Assembly (NCBI GenBank): GCA_002269645.1
Contig: NIVC01004031.1
Coordinates: 1 to 63,687, forward strand
DNA length: 63,687 nucleotides
Direction: 5' to 3'
Source of the DNA: Macrostomum lignano
Lineage: Eukaryota
The notes beneath the pieces are model-generated. The model saw nothing but the letters and a program-made list of their open reading frames with translations. It was not told the DNA's origin and ran no database searches. Of this stretch, positions 12,299-27,888 are shown piece after piece; the first letter of the stretch is position 1, and each line of letters starts with the position of its first letter. The translations under genes were made by a program, and so were the position numbers.

Positions 12299-13204
12299 GT
12301 GAGTGGAGTCGTGAGCAGATTGTCTAAACGGTACGCAACTCTAAAGTGCAAATCGAATTCCAGAGGCCCTGATAGCAGGTATTTCCCGAGATTTCAGTCA
12401 AAGGTTACTACCGAATATCGAAAAAGCCGCAGCAAAATGCGGTGCTACACCTGTCACGCGCTGATTTCGTCAGACTTTTATCAAGAATTTCTTGGCTCGA
12501 ATTGCCAAATTCAAATGCCGAACCGGCGGCACCTTCGTTCTGCACGAATTTCTGCCGGCCACAGAATCCAGCACTGGGAATCCCCACCCTCCACAGTTTG
12601 CCCGGAAGCAACAGTGGCGGAAGCTGCAGAACCAGATGGGGGAAAAGTCCATATTTGAACAGCGGAGCGCGCGGCCGGCGGGACCGGAATGCCAAGAGCT
12701 CCGATGCGCTTCAGCCGTTTCCCATCTTCTGCTTTTGCTCGGCGGCTCCGCTGGTGGGGAAAAGTGGCGAAGCCGCTGGGGAATCCAATGTGAAGCTGGG
12801 GCCTTTCTATTATCTCTTCTAGAAGAAAACTTTTCTCCGCTTCATCTCGGAGCTGCGGTCTCGGCTCTGCCCCCCCCTCACCCTTTCACTTGAAGTCTCG
12901 CGCCTCGCCCATTAATGAGAAAGGTGAGGGAGAGGCGGAGAAGCTTCTGAGTCGCCAACTCGACCCTGCTCAGCCCCGGACACTCGGCCATTCGCTGCCC
13001 CAGGTATCCAGGAGGTGTCAGCTTCAATTTGCCGCCGGCACAGAAATCAACTCAAGATATTTTGTGGAGATCAGGAATAGCGTGTGAGGTCCACACTCTT
13101 GGGGGTCGCGTCTCTTTGGGGCGGCTGAAAGCTCCCCGATTCTCTGTTTAAAGAATTTTTTGGTTCCCAGTCTCACAAATTCCCCCAGTGTATAAATACC
13201 CATT

Positions 13205-13672
13205 TTCTCGATTCCCTTATTCCCCGATTCCCTTATTAATTTCGGAATTCCTTAGCTCGTAGTCTCTGAATTCCCTTATTTTTCGATTTCCCAATTCCCG
13301 ATTCCTTTATTCCCTAATTCCCCAATTCCCGATTCCTTTATTCCCTAATTCCCCAATTCCCGATTCCTTTATTCCCTAATTCCCCAATTCCCGATTCCTT
13401 TATTCCCTAATTCCCCAATTCCCGATTCCTTTATTCCCTAATTCCCCAATTCCCGATTTCCTTATTTACGATTCTCCGATCCCCCAATTCCCTAATTCTC
13501 GATTCCCTATTTCCCCGATTCCCCGATTCCCACATACCCTGATTCGCTTATTCCCCGATTCCCTTATTCCCCGATTCCCTTAGTCCCCGATTCCCTTAGT
13601 CCCCGATTCCCTTATTCCCTTATTCCCCGCTTTCCTTATTCCACGATTCCCTGATTCCCCGATTCCTGGTTT
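13205..13672. repeat. Pyrimidine-rich ATTCCC-based minisatellite (31-bp core unit)
   Basis: TTCCCCAATTCCCGATTCCTTTATTCCCTAA tandem, with degenerate flanks. Confidence 0.85.
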
Positions 13673-14171
13673 CCTTCCATTATTCATGGCTCTTAATTTG
13701 CCTGGCACAGCAGGAGCCCATTGTCTTCCAATTCTCGCCTTCTCCCCTCACCCTCCATTTCTAGGAGCTGCTCAGCTGCTGTACTCAGCCAATACACTGT
13801 GTGCAGCCTGTGTGCCTTATCCGCAGCACTGTATTTTCTTTAAAGCCTGTTTATCCCCTCTTTACTTTTGGCAACTCGACTCAATCGAACCCCACCTACT
13901 CAAACTGCTCAATTCGCTGTCCCACCGCCGCTCAAGTCGAGCCAACAGATGGAGACTCAGGGGAAGGGGTGCCAGAAACTCGATTTGCCCTGCAGGAGCC
14001 CCCTGCCCCTCCATTAGGCAGTTTTTAGCCGGCAGCCCCCTTGACCCTGATTTCATCAGGGCAGCCGCAGTTCCCAGGTCAGAATTGAGAGCAAAGTTTG
14101 CATGCCATGCCTGAGCAGTCAGTTGGTTCTCAGTGTGTGATATAAAAATATGTCTGCGCACTTTTTGACAG

Positions 14172-14648
<477 letters not shown>

Positions 14649-15318
14649 AGCCTCCACCCGAAAAACTGATCAGCCCCTATAAAAGCCGAGTATTTAGTTT
14701 GTAAAATAATTCTATAAAGTTATCTCGATCGCGAACGACTGCGAGCAGTGGAATTCAGCCCGCGCAATGCTGATATCACAGGCAGGCTGCAACCAATACG
14801 GGCGCATGCAGTCACTCGCTCCCATCTCACAGATTTCATTATTTAAATACGCCAGTGCAGTTCGGGTATTCCTTGCAGCTGCTTATCTTGGGACCCGGAG
14901 ACCCGCGGAGCCCCGCACTGGCCGCTAAGTTTAGCGAATGGATTTTGTTGCAAAAAGCAGCGGCTGCAGGAAAGCCGCTACTCTCTGCATTCGCGACTTT
15001 TGATTTGCATAATTTTTCTCTTCTTTTCTGCCCAGCTCGGCAGCCGGGTGCGAGAGACTGAAGGCATTTGGGGGGGTGCAGATATGGTTTCATAACCGAG
15101 CGGGCAGATCCGGGCACGGGATTTACGATCCCAGATTCCAGATTGGGATATAACAAAAATAAGGAAGATGACCCAGGACTCGAGAAGTGCTGGTTGCGGA
15201 GATTTGAGGGCCGGTGAGAGAGACTGAGATTGAGCAGTTTTGCGCCCGATTGAGGTTTCCAGATGTGGCACAGGTGCAGCAGAATTCGATTCTTCAATCT
15301 GCATTAGCAAGGCCGAGG

Positions 15319-18300
15319 CTAAGACAGCAGGACACTAAGACAGCAGGACACTAAGACAGCAGGACACTAAGACAGCAGGACACTAAGACAGCAGGACACT
15401 AAGACAGCAGGACACTAAGACAGCAGGACACTAAGACAGCAGGACACTGAGACAGCAGGACACTAAGACAGCAGGACACTAAGACAACAGGACACTAAGA
15501 CAGCAGGACACTAAGACAGCAGGACACTGAGACAGCAGGACACTAAGACAGCAGGACACTAAGACAGCAGGACACTAAGACAGCAGGACACTAAGACAGC
15601 AGGACACTAAGACAGCAGGACACTAAGACAGCAGGACACTAAGACAGCAGGACACTAAGACAGCAGGACACTAAGACAGCAGGACACTAAGACAGCAGGA
15701 CACTAAGACAGCAGGACACTAAGACAACAGGACACTGAGACAGCAGGACACTAAGACAGCAGGACACTAAGACAGCAGGACACTAAGACAGCAGGACACT
15801 AAGACAGCAGGACACTGAGACAGCAGGACACTAAGACAGCAGGACACTGAGACAGCAGGACACTAAGACAGCAGGACACTAAGACAGCAGGACAATAAGA
15901 CAGCAGGACACTAAGACAGCAGGACACTAAGACAGCAGGACACTAAGACAGCAGGACACTGAGACAGCAGGACACTAAGACAGCAGGACACTAAGACAGT
16001 AGGACAATAAGACAGCAGGACAATAAGACACTAGGGACACTAAGACAGCAGGACACTAAGACAGCAGGACACTAAGACAGCAGGACAATAAGACACTAGG
16101 GACACTAAGACAGCAGGACACTAAGACAGCAGGACACTGAGACAGCAGGACACTAAGACAGCAGGACACTGAGACAGCAGGACACTGAGACAGCAGGACA
16201 CTAAGACAGCAGGACACTAAGACAGCAGGACACTAAGACAGCAGGACACTAAGACAGCAGGACACTAAGACAGCAGGACACTAAGACAGCAGGACACTAA
16301 GACAGCAGGACACTAAGACAGCAGGACACTAAGACAGCAGGACACTAAGACAGCAGGACACTAAGACAGCAGGACACTAAGACAGCAGGACACTAAGACA
16401 ACAGGACACTAAGACAGCAGGACACTAAGACAGCAGGACACTAAGACAACAGGACACTGAGACAGCAGGACACTAAGACAGCAGGACACTAAGACAGCAG
16501 GACACTAAGACAGCAGGACACTAAGACAGCAGGACACTAAGACAGCAGGACACTAAGACAGCAGGACACTAAGACAGCAGGACACTAAGACAGCAGGACA
16601 CTAAGACAGCAGGACACTAAGACAGCAGGACACTAAGACAGCAGGACACTAAGACAGCAGGACACTAAGACAGCAGGACACTAAGACAGCAGGACACTAA
16701 GACAGCAGGACACTAAGACAACAGGACACTAAGACAGCAGGACACTAAGACAGCAGGACACTAAGACAGCAGGACACTAAGACAGCAGGACACTAAGACA
16801 GCAGGACACTAAGACAGCAGGACACTAAGACAGCAGGACACTAAGACAGCAGGACACTAAGACAACAGGACACTAAGACAGCAGGACACTAAGACAGCAG
16901 GACACTAAGACAGCAGGACACTAAGACAGCAGGACACTAAGACAGCAGGACACTAAGACAGCAGGACACTAAGACAGCAGGACACTAAGACAGCAGGACA
17001 CTAAGACAGCAGGACACTAAGACAGCAGGACACTAAGACAGCAGGACACTAAGACAACAGGACACTGAGACAGCAGGACACTAAGACAGCAGGACACTAA
17101 GACAGCAGGACACTAAGACAGCAGGACACTAAGACAGCAGGACACTGAGACAGCAGGACACTAAGACAGCAGGACACTGAGACAGCAGGACACTAAGACA
17201 GCAGGACACTAAGACAGCAGGACAATAAGACAGCAGGACACTAAGACAGCAGGACACTAAGACAGCAGGACACTAAGACAGCAGGACACTGAGACAGCAG
17301 GACACTAAGACAGCAGGACACTAAGACAGTAGGACAATAAGACAGCAGGACAATAAGACACTAGGGACACTAAGACAGCAGGACACTAAGACAGCAGGAC
17401 ACTAAGACAGCAGGACAATAAGACACTAGGGACACTAAGACAGCAGGACACTAAGACAGCAGGACACTGAGACAGCAGGACACTAAGACAGCAGGACACT
17501 AAGACAGCAGGACACTGAGACAGCAGGACACTAAGACAGCAGGACACTAAGACAGCAGGACACTGAGACAGCAGGACAATAAGACAGCAGGACACTAAGA
17601 CAGCAGGACACTAAGACAGCAGGACACTAAGACAGCAGGACACTAAGACAGCAGGACACTAAGACAGCAGGACACTAAGACAGCAGGACACTGAGACAGC
17701 AGGACACTAAGACAGCAGGACACTAAGACAGCAGGACACTAAGACAGCAGGACACTAAGACAGCAGGACACTAAGACAGCAGGACACTAAGACAGCAGGA
17801 CACTAAGACAGCAGGACACTAAGACAGCAGGACACTAAGACAGCAGGACACTAAGACAGCAGGACACTAAGACAGCAGGACACTAAGACAGCAGGACACT
17901 AAGACAGCAGGACACTAAGACAGCAGGACACTAAGACAGCAGGACACTAAGACAGCAGGACACTAAGACAGCAGGACACTAAGACAGCAGGACACTAAGA
18001 CAGCAGGACACTGAGACAGCAGGACACTAAGACAGCAGGACACTGAAGACAGCAGGACACTAAGACAGCAGGACACTAAGACAGCAGGACACTAAGACAG
18101 CAGGACACTAAGACAGCAGGACACTAAGACAGCAGGACACTAAGACAGCAGGACACTAAGACAGCAGGACACTAAGACAGCAGGACACTAAGACAGCAGG
18201 ACACTAAGACAGCAGGACACTAAGACAGCAGGACACTAAGACAGCAGGACACTAAGACAGCAGGACACTAAGACAGCAGGACACTAAGACAGCAGGACAC

Positions 18301-21284
18301 TAAGACAGCAGGACACTGAGACAGCAGGACACTAAGACAGCAGGACACTAAGACAGCAGGACACTAAGACAGCAGGACACTAAGACAGCAGGACACTAAG
18401 ACAGCAGGACACTAAGACAGCAGGACACTAAGACAGCAGGACACTAAGACAGCAGGACACTAAGACAGCAGGACACTAAGACAGCAGGACAATAAGACAG
18501 CAGGACACTAAGACAGCAGGACACTAAGACAGCAGGACACTAAGACAGCAGGACACTAAGACAGCAGGACACTAAGACAGCAGGACAATAAGACAGCAGG
18601 ACACTAAGACAGCAGGACACTAAGACAGCAGGACACTAAGACAGCAGGACAATAAGACAGCAGGACACTAAGACAGCAAGACACTAAGACAGCAGGACAC
18701 TAAGACAGCAAGACACTAAGACAGCAGGACACTAAGACAGCAAGACACTAAGACAGCAGGACACTAAGACAGCAGGACACTAAGACAGCAGGACACTAAG
18801 ACAGCAGGACACTAAGACAGCAGGACACTAAGACAGCAGGACACTAAGACAGCAGGACACTAAGACAGCAGGACACTAAGACAGCAGGACACTAAGACAG
18901 CAGGACACTAAGACAGCAGGACACTAAGACAGCAGGACACTAAGACAGCAGGACACTAAGACAGCAGGACACTAAGACAGCAGGACACTGAGACAGCAGG
19001 ACACTGAGACAGCAGGACACTAAGACAGCAGGACACTAAGACAGCAGGACACTAAGACAGCAGGACACTAAGACAGCAGGACACTAAGACAGCAGGACAC
19101 TAAGACAGCAGGACACTAAGACAGCAGGACACTAAGACAGCAGGACACTAAGACAGCAGGACACTAAGACAGCAGGACACTAAGACAGCAGGACACTAAG
19201 ACAGCAGGACACTAAGACAGCAGGACACTAAGACAGCAGGACACTAAGACAGCAGGACACTAAGACAGCAGGACACTAAGACAGCAGGACACTAAGACAG
19301 CAGGACACTAAGACAGCAGGACACTAAGACAGCAGGACACTAAGACAGCAGGACACTAAGACAGCAGGACACTAAGACAGCAGGACACTAAGACAGCAGG
19401 ACACTAAGACAGCAGGACACTAAGACAGCAGGACACTAGACAGCAGGACACTAAGACAGCAGGACACTAAGACAGCAGGACACTAAGACAGCAGGACACT
19501 AAGACAGCAGGACACTAAGACAGCAGGACACTAAGACAGCAGGACACTAAGACAGCAGGACACTAAGACAGCAGGACACTAAGACAGCAGGACACTAAGA
19601 CAGCAGGACACTAAGACAGCAGGACACTAAGACAGCAGGACACTAAGACAGCAGGACACTAAGACAGCAGGACACTAAGACAGCAGGACACTAAGACAGC
19701 AGGACACTAAGACAGCAGGACACTAAGACAGCAGGACACTAAGACAGCAGGACACTAAGACAGCAGGACACTAAGACAGCAGGACACTAAGACAGCAGGA
19801 CACTAAGACAGCAGGACACTGAGACAGCAGGACACTAAGACAGCAGGACACTAAGACAGCAGGACACTAAGACAGCAGGACACTGAGACAGCAGGACACT
19901 AAGACAGCAGGACACTGAGACAGCAGGACACTAAGACAGCAGGACACTGAGACAGCAGGACACTAAGACAGCAGGACACTAAGACAGCAGGACACTAAGA
20001 CAGCAGGACACTAAGACAGCAGGACACTAGACAGCAGGACACTAAGACAGCAGGACACTAAGACAGCAGGACACTAAGACAGCAGGACACTGAGACAGCA
20101 GGACACTAAGACAGCAGGACACTAAGACAGCAGGACACTAAGACAGCAGGACACTAAGACAGCAGGACACTGAGACAGCAGGACACTGAGACAGCAGGAC
20201 ACTAAGACAGCAGGACAATAAGACAGCAGGACACTAAGACAGCAGGACACTGAGACAGCAGGACACTGAGACAGCAGGACACTAAGACAGCAGGACACTA
20301 AGACAGCAGGACACTAAGACAGCAGGACACTAAGACAGCAGGACACTGAGACAGCAGGACACTGAGACAGCAGGACACTAAGACAGCAGGACACTAAGAC
20401 AGCAGGACACTAAGACAGCAGGACACTAAGACAGCAGGACACTAAGACAGCAGGACACTGAGACAGCAGGACACTGAGACAGCAGGACACTAAGACAGCA
20501 GGACACTAAGACAGCAGGACACTAAGACAGCAGGACACTAAGACAGCAGGACACTGAGACAGCAGGACACTGAGACAGCAGGACACTAAGACAGCAGGAC
20601 ACTGAGACAGCAGGACACTAAGACAGCAGGACACTAAGACAGCAGGACACTGAGACAGCAGGACACTGAGACAGCAGGACACTAAGACAGCAGGACACTA
20701 AGACAGCAGGACACTAAGACAGCAGGACACTAAGACAGCAGGACACTGAGACAGCAGGACACTGAGACAGCAGGACACTAAGACAGCAGGACACTAAGAC
20801 AGCAGGACACTAAGACAGCAGGACACTAAGACAGCAGGACACTGAGACAGCAGGACACTGAGACAGCAGGACACTGAGACAGCAGGACACTGAGACAGCA
20901 GGACACTAAGACAGCAGGACACTAAGACAGCAGGACACTAAGACAGCAGGACACTAAGACAGCAGGACACTAAGACAGCAGGACACTGAGACAGCAGGAC
21001 ACTGAGACAGCAGGACACTAAGACAGCAGGACACTAAGACAGCAGGACACTAAGACAGCAGGACACTAAGACAGCAGGACACTGAGACAGCAGGACACTG
21101 AGACAGCAGGACACTAAGACAGCAGGACACTAAGACAGCAGGACACTAAGACAGCAGGACACTAAGACAGCAGGACACTGAGACAGCAGGACACTGAGAC
21201 AGCAGGACACTGAGACAGCAGGACACTGAGACAGCAGGACACTGAGACAGCAGGACACTAAGACAGCAGGACACTGTGACAGCA
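15319..21284. repeat. About 6-kb 16-bp satellite CTAAGACAGCAGGACA in Ig intron 1
   Basis: About 370 units; CTGA variant enriched toward 19800-21280. Confidence 0.98.
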
Positions 21285-21755
21285 GGGGGGCGCAGCAGAC
21301 GGCGATCACAGCAGCTACCAAGGGATGCTTGATTGCAGAATTCATAAAATATCAAGAAGCTGCTCCTCCCACTTTTCAGGCAAGATGCTGGGGAGACTGG
21401 GGAGATTTGCGGTAGAAATCGCAACTTGATGAGGCTGCAACTCTGCTGAGGGGCGGCTGCTGGCTGTAAGCTGCAGTTGCTGGCGCTGAAAGCGACTCAG
21501 AGGGGTGGAGTGAGACAGAGAGAGAGAGAGAGTGAGAAGGGATTAGGCAGCTCATTTCCATGTAAAACAGAGGCGATTCCCCATCTAACTCTGGCGGGCG
21601 CAAGAAATTGCAATAAATTCGACATTTTTCATACTTGCCCGAAAACTGCAGCAGCTGCTGCACTCCAAGTGCGGCTGCGGGAACTTTAACAATTCGTTCC
21701 AGCTGAATGCAGACTGCTCCGTCATCGTTTAGGGCTTTCAGTTTGAAACTTTCCC

Positions 21756-23100
21756 AGCATCCGTGTAGCCTAGATTAGCAATCCATTCTACTGCCCCAGC
21801 ATCCGTGTAGGCTAGATTAGCAATCCATTCTACTGCCCCAGCATCCGTGTAGGCTAGATTAGCAATCCATTCTACTGCTCCAGAATCCGTGTTGGATAGA
21901 TTAGCAATCCATTCTACTGTTGGCTAGACTAGCAATCCAATATACTGTTGGCTAGACTAGCAATCCATTCTACTGTTGGCTAGACTAGCAATCCATTCTG
22001 CTGCTCCAGCATCCGTGTTGGATAGATTAGCAATCCATTCTACTGCCCCAGCATCCGTGTTGGATAGATTAGCAATCCATTTTACTGCCCCAGCATCCGT
22101 GTAGGCTAGATTAGCAATCCATTCTACTGTTGGATAGACTAGCAATCCATTCTACTGTTGGCTAGACTAGCAATCCATTCTACTGTTGGCTAGACTAGCA
22201 ATCAATATACTGTTGGCTAGACTAGCAATCCATTATACTGTTGGCTAGACTAGCAATCCATTATACTGTTGGATAGATTAGCAATCCATTCTACTGCTCC
22301 AGAATCCGTGTTGGATAGATTAGCAATCCATTCTACTGCCCCAGCATCCGTGTTGGATAGATTAGCAATCCATTCTACTGCCCCAGCATCCGTATTGGAT
22401 ATATTAGCAATCCATTCTACTGCCCCAGCATCCGTGTAGGCTAGATTAGCAATCCATTCTACTGCCCCAGCATCCGTGTAGGCTAGATTAGCAATCCATT
22501 CTACTGCCCCAGCATCCGTGTTGGATAGATTAGCAATCCATTCTGCTGCTCCAGCATCCGTGTTGGATAGATTAGCAATCCATTCTACTGCTCCAGCATC
22601 CGTGTTGGATAGATTAGCAATCCATTCTACTGCCCCAGCATCCGTGTTGGATAGATTAGCAATCCATTCTACTGCCCCAGCATCCGTGTAGGCTAGATTA
22701 GCAATCCATTCTACTGCCCCAGCATCCGTGTAGGCTAGATTAGCAATCCATTCTACTGCCCCAGCATCCGTGTTGGATAGATTAGCAATCCATTCTGCTG
22801 CTCCAGCATCCGTGTTGGATAGATTAGCAATCCATTCTACTGCTCCAGCATCCGTGTTGGATAGATTAGCAATCCATTCTACTGCCCCAGCATCCGTGTT
22901 GGATAGATTAGCAATCCATTCTACTGCCCCAGCATCCGTGTTGGATAGATTAGCAATCCATTCTACTGCCCCAGCATCCGTGTTGGATAGATTAGCAATC
23001 CATTCTACTGCCCCAGCATCCGTGTTGGATAGATTAGCAATCGATTCTACTATTGGCTAGACTAGCAATCCATTATACTGTTGGCTAGACTAGCAATCCA
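21756..23100. repeat. 42-bp/28-bp two-variant minisatellite (CAGCATCCGTGTTGGATAGATTAGCAATCCATTCTACTGCCC)
   Basis: Tandem units ending about 40 nt from the exon-1 donor. Confidence 0.95.
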
Positions 23101-23139
23101 CACATGCTAGAATACGCAGTAGAATTCCCAGCAACTCAC

Positions 23140-23233
23140 CCGATCCCTTGTCCCTGCTGATGGAGACGCAGTCGCAGGGAGGCTGCCATAGCAGCAGCAG
23201 CAGTAGTTGCAGCATCCAGACGCTGTGCCTCAT
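23140..23233 (-). CDS. Ig-superfamily (lachesin/IgLON/DIP-like) gene, exon 1: signal peptide
   Basis: ATG at 23233 reads MRHSVWMLQLLLLLLWQPPCDCVSISRDKGS (hydrophobic leader). 94 nt, ends phase 1 at G|GTGAGT, matching the phase-1 start of the exon at 11674. Assignment to this gene is inferred from phase and orientation. Confidence 0.75.
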
Positions 23234-23492
23234 CTTCTCAGCCGTAATTACCGGTAAGTTGCGCAGCATTTTCTCAATATTTCTTAGAAACGGAGAGGTG
23301 TCCTTTCTCTAAGCTCTTCAAGATCAATTCTTGAAGCAGTCAGCCGCTGACAATGGGCAGCAAAGTGACTGAAGCTCTGGCGTACGCAATCATCTCTGAG
23401 CGAGAGGAGATGGGGATGAAGCCGCTTGTCCAGAGTCTTGAGCCCTCTCTCTCTCTCCTGGAGCTAAAGTGAGCAGGGGCTAATGGCTGGGA

Positions 23493-23638
23493 TTTTTATA
23501 CGCCCGTCCAGTTCGTCCCTCTTGAGCCTCTATATCCCACAAATTAGTGGGACTTCCACTGGGCGGGGGGCACTGCAGCGGCTCTGCAGCGCTGGCAGCT
23601 CTGGCTCGCCCGCTATTGGCTGCTGAGCACCGACCAAT
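23493..23638 (-). promoter_or_regulatory. Putative Pol II promoter of the Ig gene (TATA, GC box, CCAAT boxes)
   Basis: TATAAAAA on the minus strand at 23500-23493, GGGCGGGGG at 23561, ATTGG at 23615 and CCAAT at 23634, all 260-400 nt upstream of the exon-1 ATG. Confidence 0.4.
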
Positions 23639-23869
23639 CAGAGCGAGTCTCCGACTGAAGGGCTGGGCAGATTCGAGACGGACAGATCGACACTTGTTTT
23701 GGTTCTGGCCAAATACTTTCTAAACGTTTTAGCATCTTTTTCCTGATGATCGCGTTCGTGAGTAGCAGACTCATAATTCGACTGACAGGATTCGATTCAC
23801 TGTACTTTTTTGTGCCTGTGCGGGATGGGCATGGCTGCTGGCATACTTGCTAACGGCGGGTCCACTGCG

Positions 23870-24702
23870 GCGTGCAATCAGTGGGAGTGCAACCAGTGGG
23901 TGTGCAATCAGTGGGAGTGCAATCAGTGGGGTGCAATCTGTGGGTGTGCAATCAGTAGGTGTGAAATCTGTGGGTGTGCAATCGGTGGGTGTGCAATCAG
24001 TGGGTGTGCGATCGGTGGGTGTGCAATCAGTGGGTGTGCAATCAGTGGGTGTGCAATCAGTGGGTAGGTGTGCAATCAGTGGGTGTGCAATCAGAGGGTG
24101 GGTGTGCAATCAGTGGGTGTGCAATCAGAGGGTGGGTGTGCAACCAGTGGGTGGGTCTGCAATCAGTGGGTGTGCAATCAGTGAGAGTGCAATCGGTGGG
24201 TTGTGCAATCAGTGGGTGGGTGTGCAATCTGTGGGTGTGCAATCAGTGGCTGGGTGTGCAATCAGTGGGAGTGCAATCAGTGGGTGTGCAATCAGTGGGT
24301 GTGCAATCGGTGGGTTGTGCAATCAGTGGGTGGGTGTGCAATCAGTGGGAGTGCAATCAGTGGGTGTGCAATCGGTAAGTGTGCAATCAGTGGAAGTGCA
24401 ATCAGTGGGAGTGCAATCGGTAGGTGTGTAATCTGTGGGTGTGCAATCTGTGGGTGTGCAATTTGTGGGTGTGCAATCTGTGGGTGTGCAATTTGTGGGT
24501 GTGCAATCTGTGGGTGTGCAATCTGTGGGTGTGCAATTTGTGGGTGTGCAATCTGTGGGTGTGCAATCTGTGGGTGTGCAATCTGTGGGTGTGCAATTTG
24601 TGGGTGTGCAATCTGTGGGTGTGCAATCTGTGGGTGTGCAATCTGTGGGTGTGCAATCTGTGGGTGTGCAATCTGTGGGTGTGCAATCTGTGGGTGTGCA
24701 AT
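23870..24702. repeat. 15-bp minisatellite GGGTGTGCAATCAGT/CTGT
   Basis: Tandem units; source of the CAICG/VQSVG ORFs. Confidence 0.95.
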
Positions 24703-25217
24703 TACCGAGTCCAACCGCCCCATGATGCTGCAGCATTGACAGTCAGAGCCGACAACCGCACGCACCAGTGGCTCCAGCTTCCCAAGCCAGCCCTCTCGAG
24801 CTGTGGATGCTTCAAGAGCCCCCCACACGATCTGCACGGAGACCCGCAGCAAGTGGCTCGCGGCGGGGGGTCTGCAGATTTGCAGTGGAATTTTTCTTTA
24901 TAGAGTTTGATGGCAGCGCTCGGAGACTGGCGATGAAGATGCTTTACAGTGCGCTGGCACGGAGCGGAGAGCCACTTTGGACATGCCGGAAATTGGCGGG
25001 CGACCCTGGATCGATTGATTCCGCGAGCTCGAGTGAAAATTTCGGCCTCATCGAATAAACGGATATTGTCTGATGTTGAATTTTAATCACATTTTTATGC
25101 AGACGCTGGATGAAGGTTTGTGGCGATTTTTACGATGCAGACACCGGCGAACTAAGGATTAAAAGGACGGTTGGGCAGCCTCAGTTCAGCTGCCATCTGC
25201 AGAAGTGGTTCGTTTCA

Positions 25218-25935
25218 ATAGATAAACATCGATAAACATCCTAAACACTCGATAAACATCCCAAACACTCGATAAAAATCCTAAACACTCGATAAACATT
25301 CCCAAACACTCGATAAACATCCCCAAACACTCGATAAACATCCCAAACACTTGATAAACATCCCAAACACTCGATAAACATTCCCAAACACTCGATAAAC
25401 ATTCCCAAACACTCGATAAACATCCCAAACACTCGATAAACATCCCAAACACTCGATAAACATCTTAAACACTCGATAAACATCCCAAACACTCGATAAA
25501 CATCCTAAACACTCGATAAACATCCTAAACACTCGATAAACATCCTAAACAATCGATAAACATCCCAAACACTCGATAAACATTCCCAAACACTCGATAA
25601 ACATCCCAAACACTCGATAAACATTACCAAACACGATAAACATCCTAAACACTCGATAAACATCCTAAACACTCGATAAACATCCTAAACACTCGATAAA
25701 CATCCCAAACACTCGATAAACATCCCAAACACTCGATAAACATCCCAAACACTCGATAAACATTCCCAAACACTCGATAAACATTCCCAAACACTCGATA
25801 AACATTCCCAAACACTCGATAAACAATCCCAAACACTCGATAAACATTCCCAAACACTCGATAAAAATTCTTAAACACTCGATAAACATTACCAAGCACT
25901 CGATAAACATTCCCAAGCACTCGATAAACATCCCT
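25218..25935. repeat. 20/21-bp minisatellite AAACACTCGATAAACATCCC
   Basis: Tandem units. Confidence 0.95.
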
Positions 25936-26384
25936 AAATCCAAAGCACAGAATTCGGAAGACAAGATCCGTATTTTAGGGAGATTATCCCCTCAAAATCT
26001 AGCAGCAGAAATGAAGAACCACACAAAGAATATTTTGCCACCCTACAACAGCCAGCCCCATCAATGCGAAAGCATTTCTGTGATGAATGATCTGCATTAG
26101 GCAAAGCCCTAAACCAATTAGTGGCACGTGAAACGCCCACATCCTTTACTAGGGCGGCCGAATGCTTACAGAAGGCGATGTTGGCACCAAAATATTCGAG
26201 TGTAAAACCAGAAATGCCAATTTGTGCGAGTGCAGTCTAAGCCAGAAAAAAATTGTAAGTGTCCGAAATTTATCTTCCTCGCGTTTGTTTTTTATACGTT
26301 TCGTGCATCATTAAATGTTGAAAGCTGAGGTTTTCTGTGAGATGGTTCACCGAGCTTCAATGAAAGTTGCATTGTGAAAAGACA

Positions 26385-26582
26385 GACACTCATTTTGGCG
26401 CCGCAGGCACTCATTTTCGAATTTTGGCGCCGCAGGTACTCATCAATTTGGCGCTGCAGGCACTCATTTTAGCGCCGCAGGCACTCATTTTCGAATTTTG
26501 GCGCCGCAGACACTCATTTTGGCGCCGCAGGCATTAATCATTTTGGCGCCGCAGGCATTAATCATTTTGGCGCCGCAGGCGC
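26385..26582. repeat. Short GGCGCC-core array TTTTGGCGCCGCAGGCACTCAT
   Basis: About 7 degenerate units. Confidence 0.8.
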
Positions 26583-26799
26583 TGTGTTGTCGCCCTGCAG
26601 CAAAATTATTGATTTCTATAATGGACCACAAGGTGAGGTGGGGTGGGGGACAAAGCATTGGCATGTCCCCCCATAGCTTTTACTGTGGGGGACATGTCCG
26701 CCCTGTCCCCTCCCCCGGTGGCGACGCCCCTGGGGGATTTGTGCGAACTTTAGACTGGAATTTGTGTGAACGGTCGTTGGTATTAGCGTGTACATCGGT

Positions 26800-27320
26800 T
26801 AGGGTTTATCTGAACATTGGTTGGGGTTTGTGTGAACATTGGTTGGGGTTTGTGTGAACATTGGTTGGGGTTTGTGTGAACATTTGTTGGGGGTTGTGTG
26901 AACACTGGTTAAGGTTTGTGTTAACATTGGTTGGGGTTTGTGTGAACACTAGTTGAGGTTTGTGTGAACACTAGTTGAGGTTTGTGTGAACACTAGTTGG
27001 GGTTTGTGTGAACACTAGTTGGGGTTTGTGTGAACACTAGTTGGGGTTTGTGTGAACACTAGTTGGGGTTTGTGTGAACACTAGTTGGGGTTTGTGTGAA
27101 CACTAGTTGGGGTTTGTGTGAACACTAGTTGGGGTTTGTGTGAACACTAGTTGGGATTTGTGTAAACACTAATTGGGGTTTGTGTGAACACAAGTTGAGG
27201 TTTGTGTGAACACTAGTTGGGGTTTGTGTGAACACTAGTTGAGGTTTGTGTGAACACTAGTTGAGGTTTGTGTGAACATTAGTTGGGGTTTGTGTGAATA
27301 TTGGTTGGGGTTTGTGTGAA
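26800..27320. repeat. 22-bp minisatellite GGGTTTGTGTGAACACTAGTTG
   Basis: Tandem units. Confidence 0.93.
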
Positions 27321-27888
27321 AGTGAGTTGCAAATCGAGTCAGGTTTGTTGGGTTTTGATTAAATAAAAATGCAAAACTGGAAAGCAAATACTCAAAAAGG
27401 CCAAGTTGCATTGTGCTAATATACAAAACTGTCTAAAAAATAGTTCCTAAAGTTTATTCTACCAATTTATTTACTACAAAGTTTCGATGGGAAAAGTAAC
27501 TCTCTGCTAATAAATTCTAAATGTCTAAATGAGCAGCGCTATGAACTGAACAGAATCCAACATTACAGTCGGTGTGATCTCAAATAATACACAATTCTAT
27601 CTACTACTGAGGTCAGTAGCAAAACTAAGACGCAGTGGCGCTAACAGTCACTTGACAGCTGGCCAGTGAAGACAAGCGTGAAAGCAAATACAAAATACTC
27701 CATCTTCCCTGACCATCTGGGACTGAAAAAATAGCAAAAGCAATCTTTTTTGATAAAAATAGGCGCACTAAACTACTCGTCAGTAGGGAGATCTGGGCTA
27801 AATGTGTCAGGCAAGGCTGCGGGGTTCAAGAGCTGAGGGATAACAGGTGACTGGTGTGTCTGACTGCCTGATGAGCCAGTTTAATGAG

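Noticed and set aside
23160-23253. Plus-strand ATG exon METQSQGGCHSSSS...|GTAAGT
   Set aside because: It overlaps the minus-strand signal-peptide exon, which fits the Ig gene in phase and composition; no plus-strand downstream exons were found.
26640-26731. CAGGGGCGTCGCCA-type terminus on the minus strand, suggestive of a hAT-like MITE end
   Set aside because: No matching opposite terminus or TSD found in the window.
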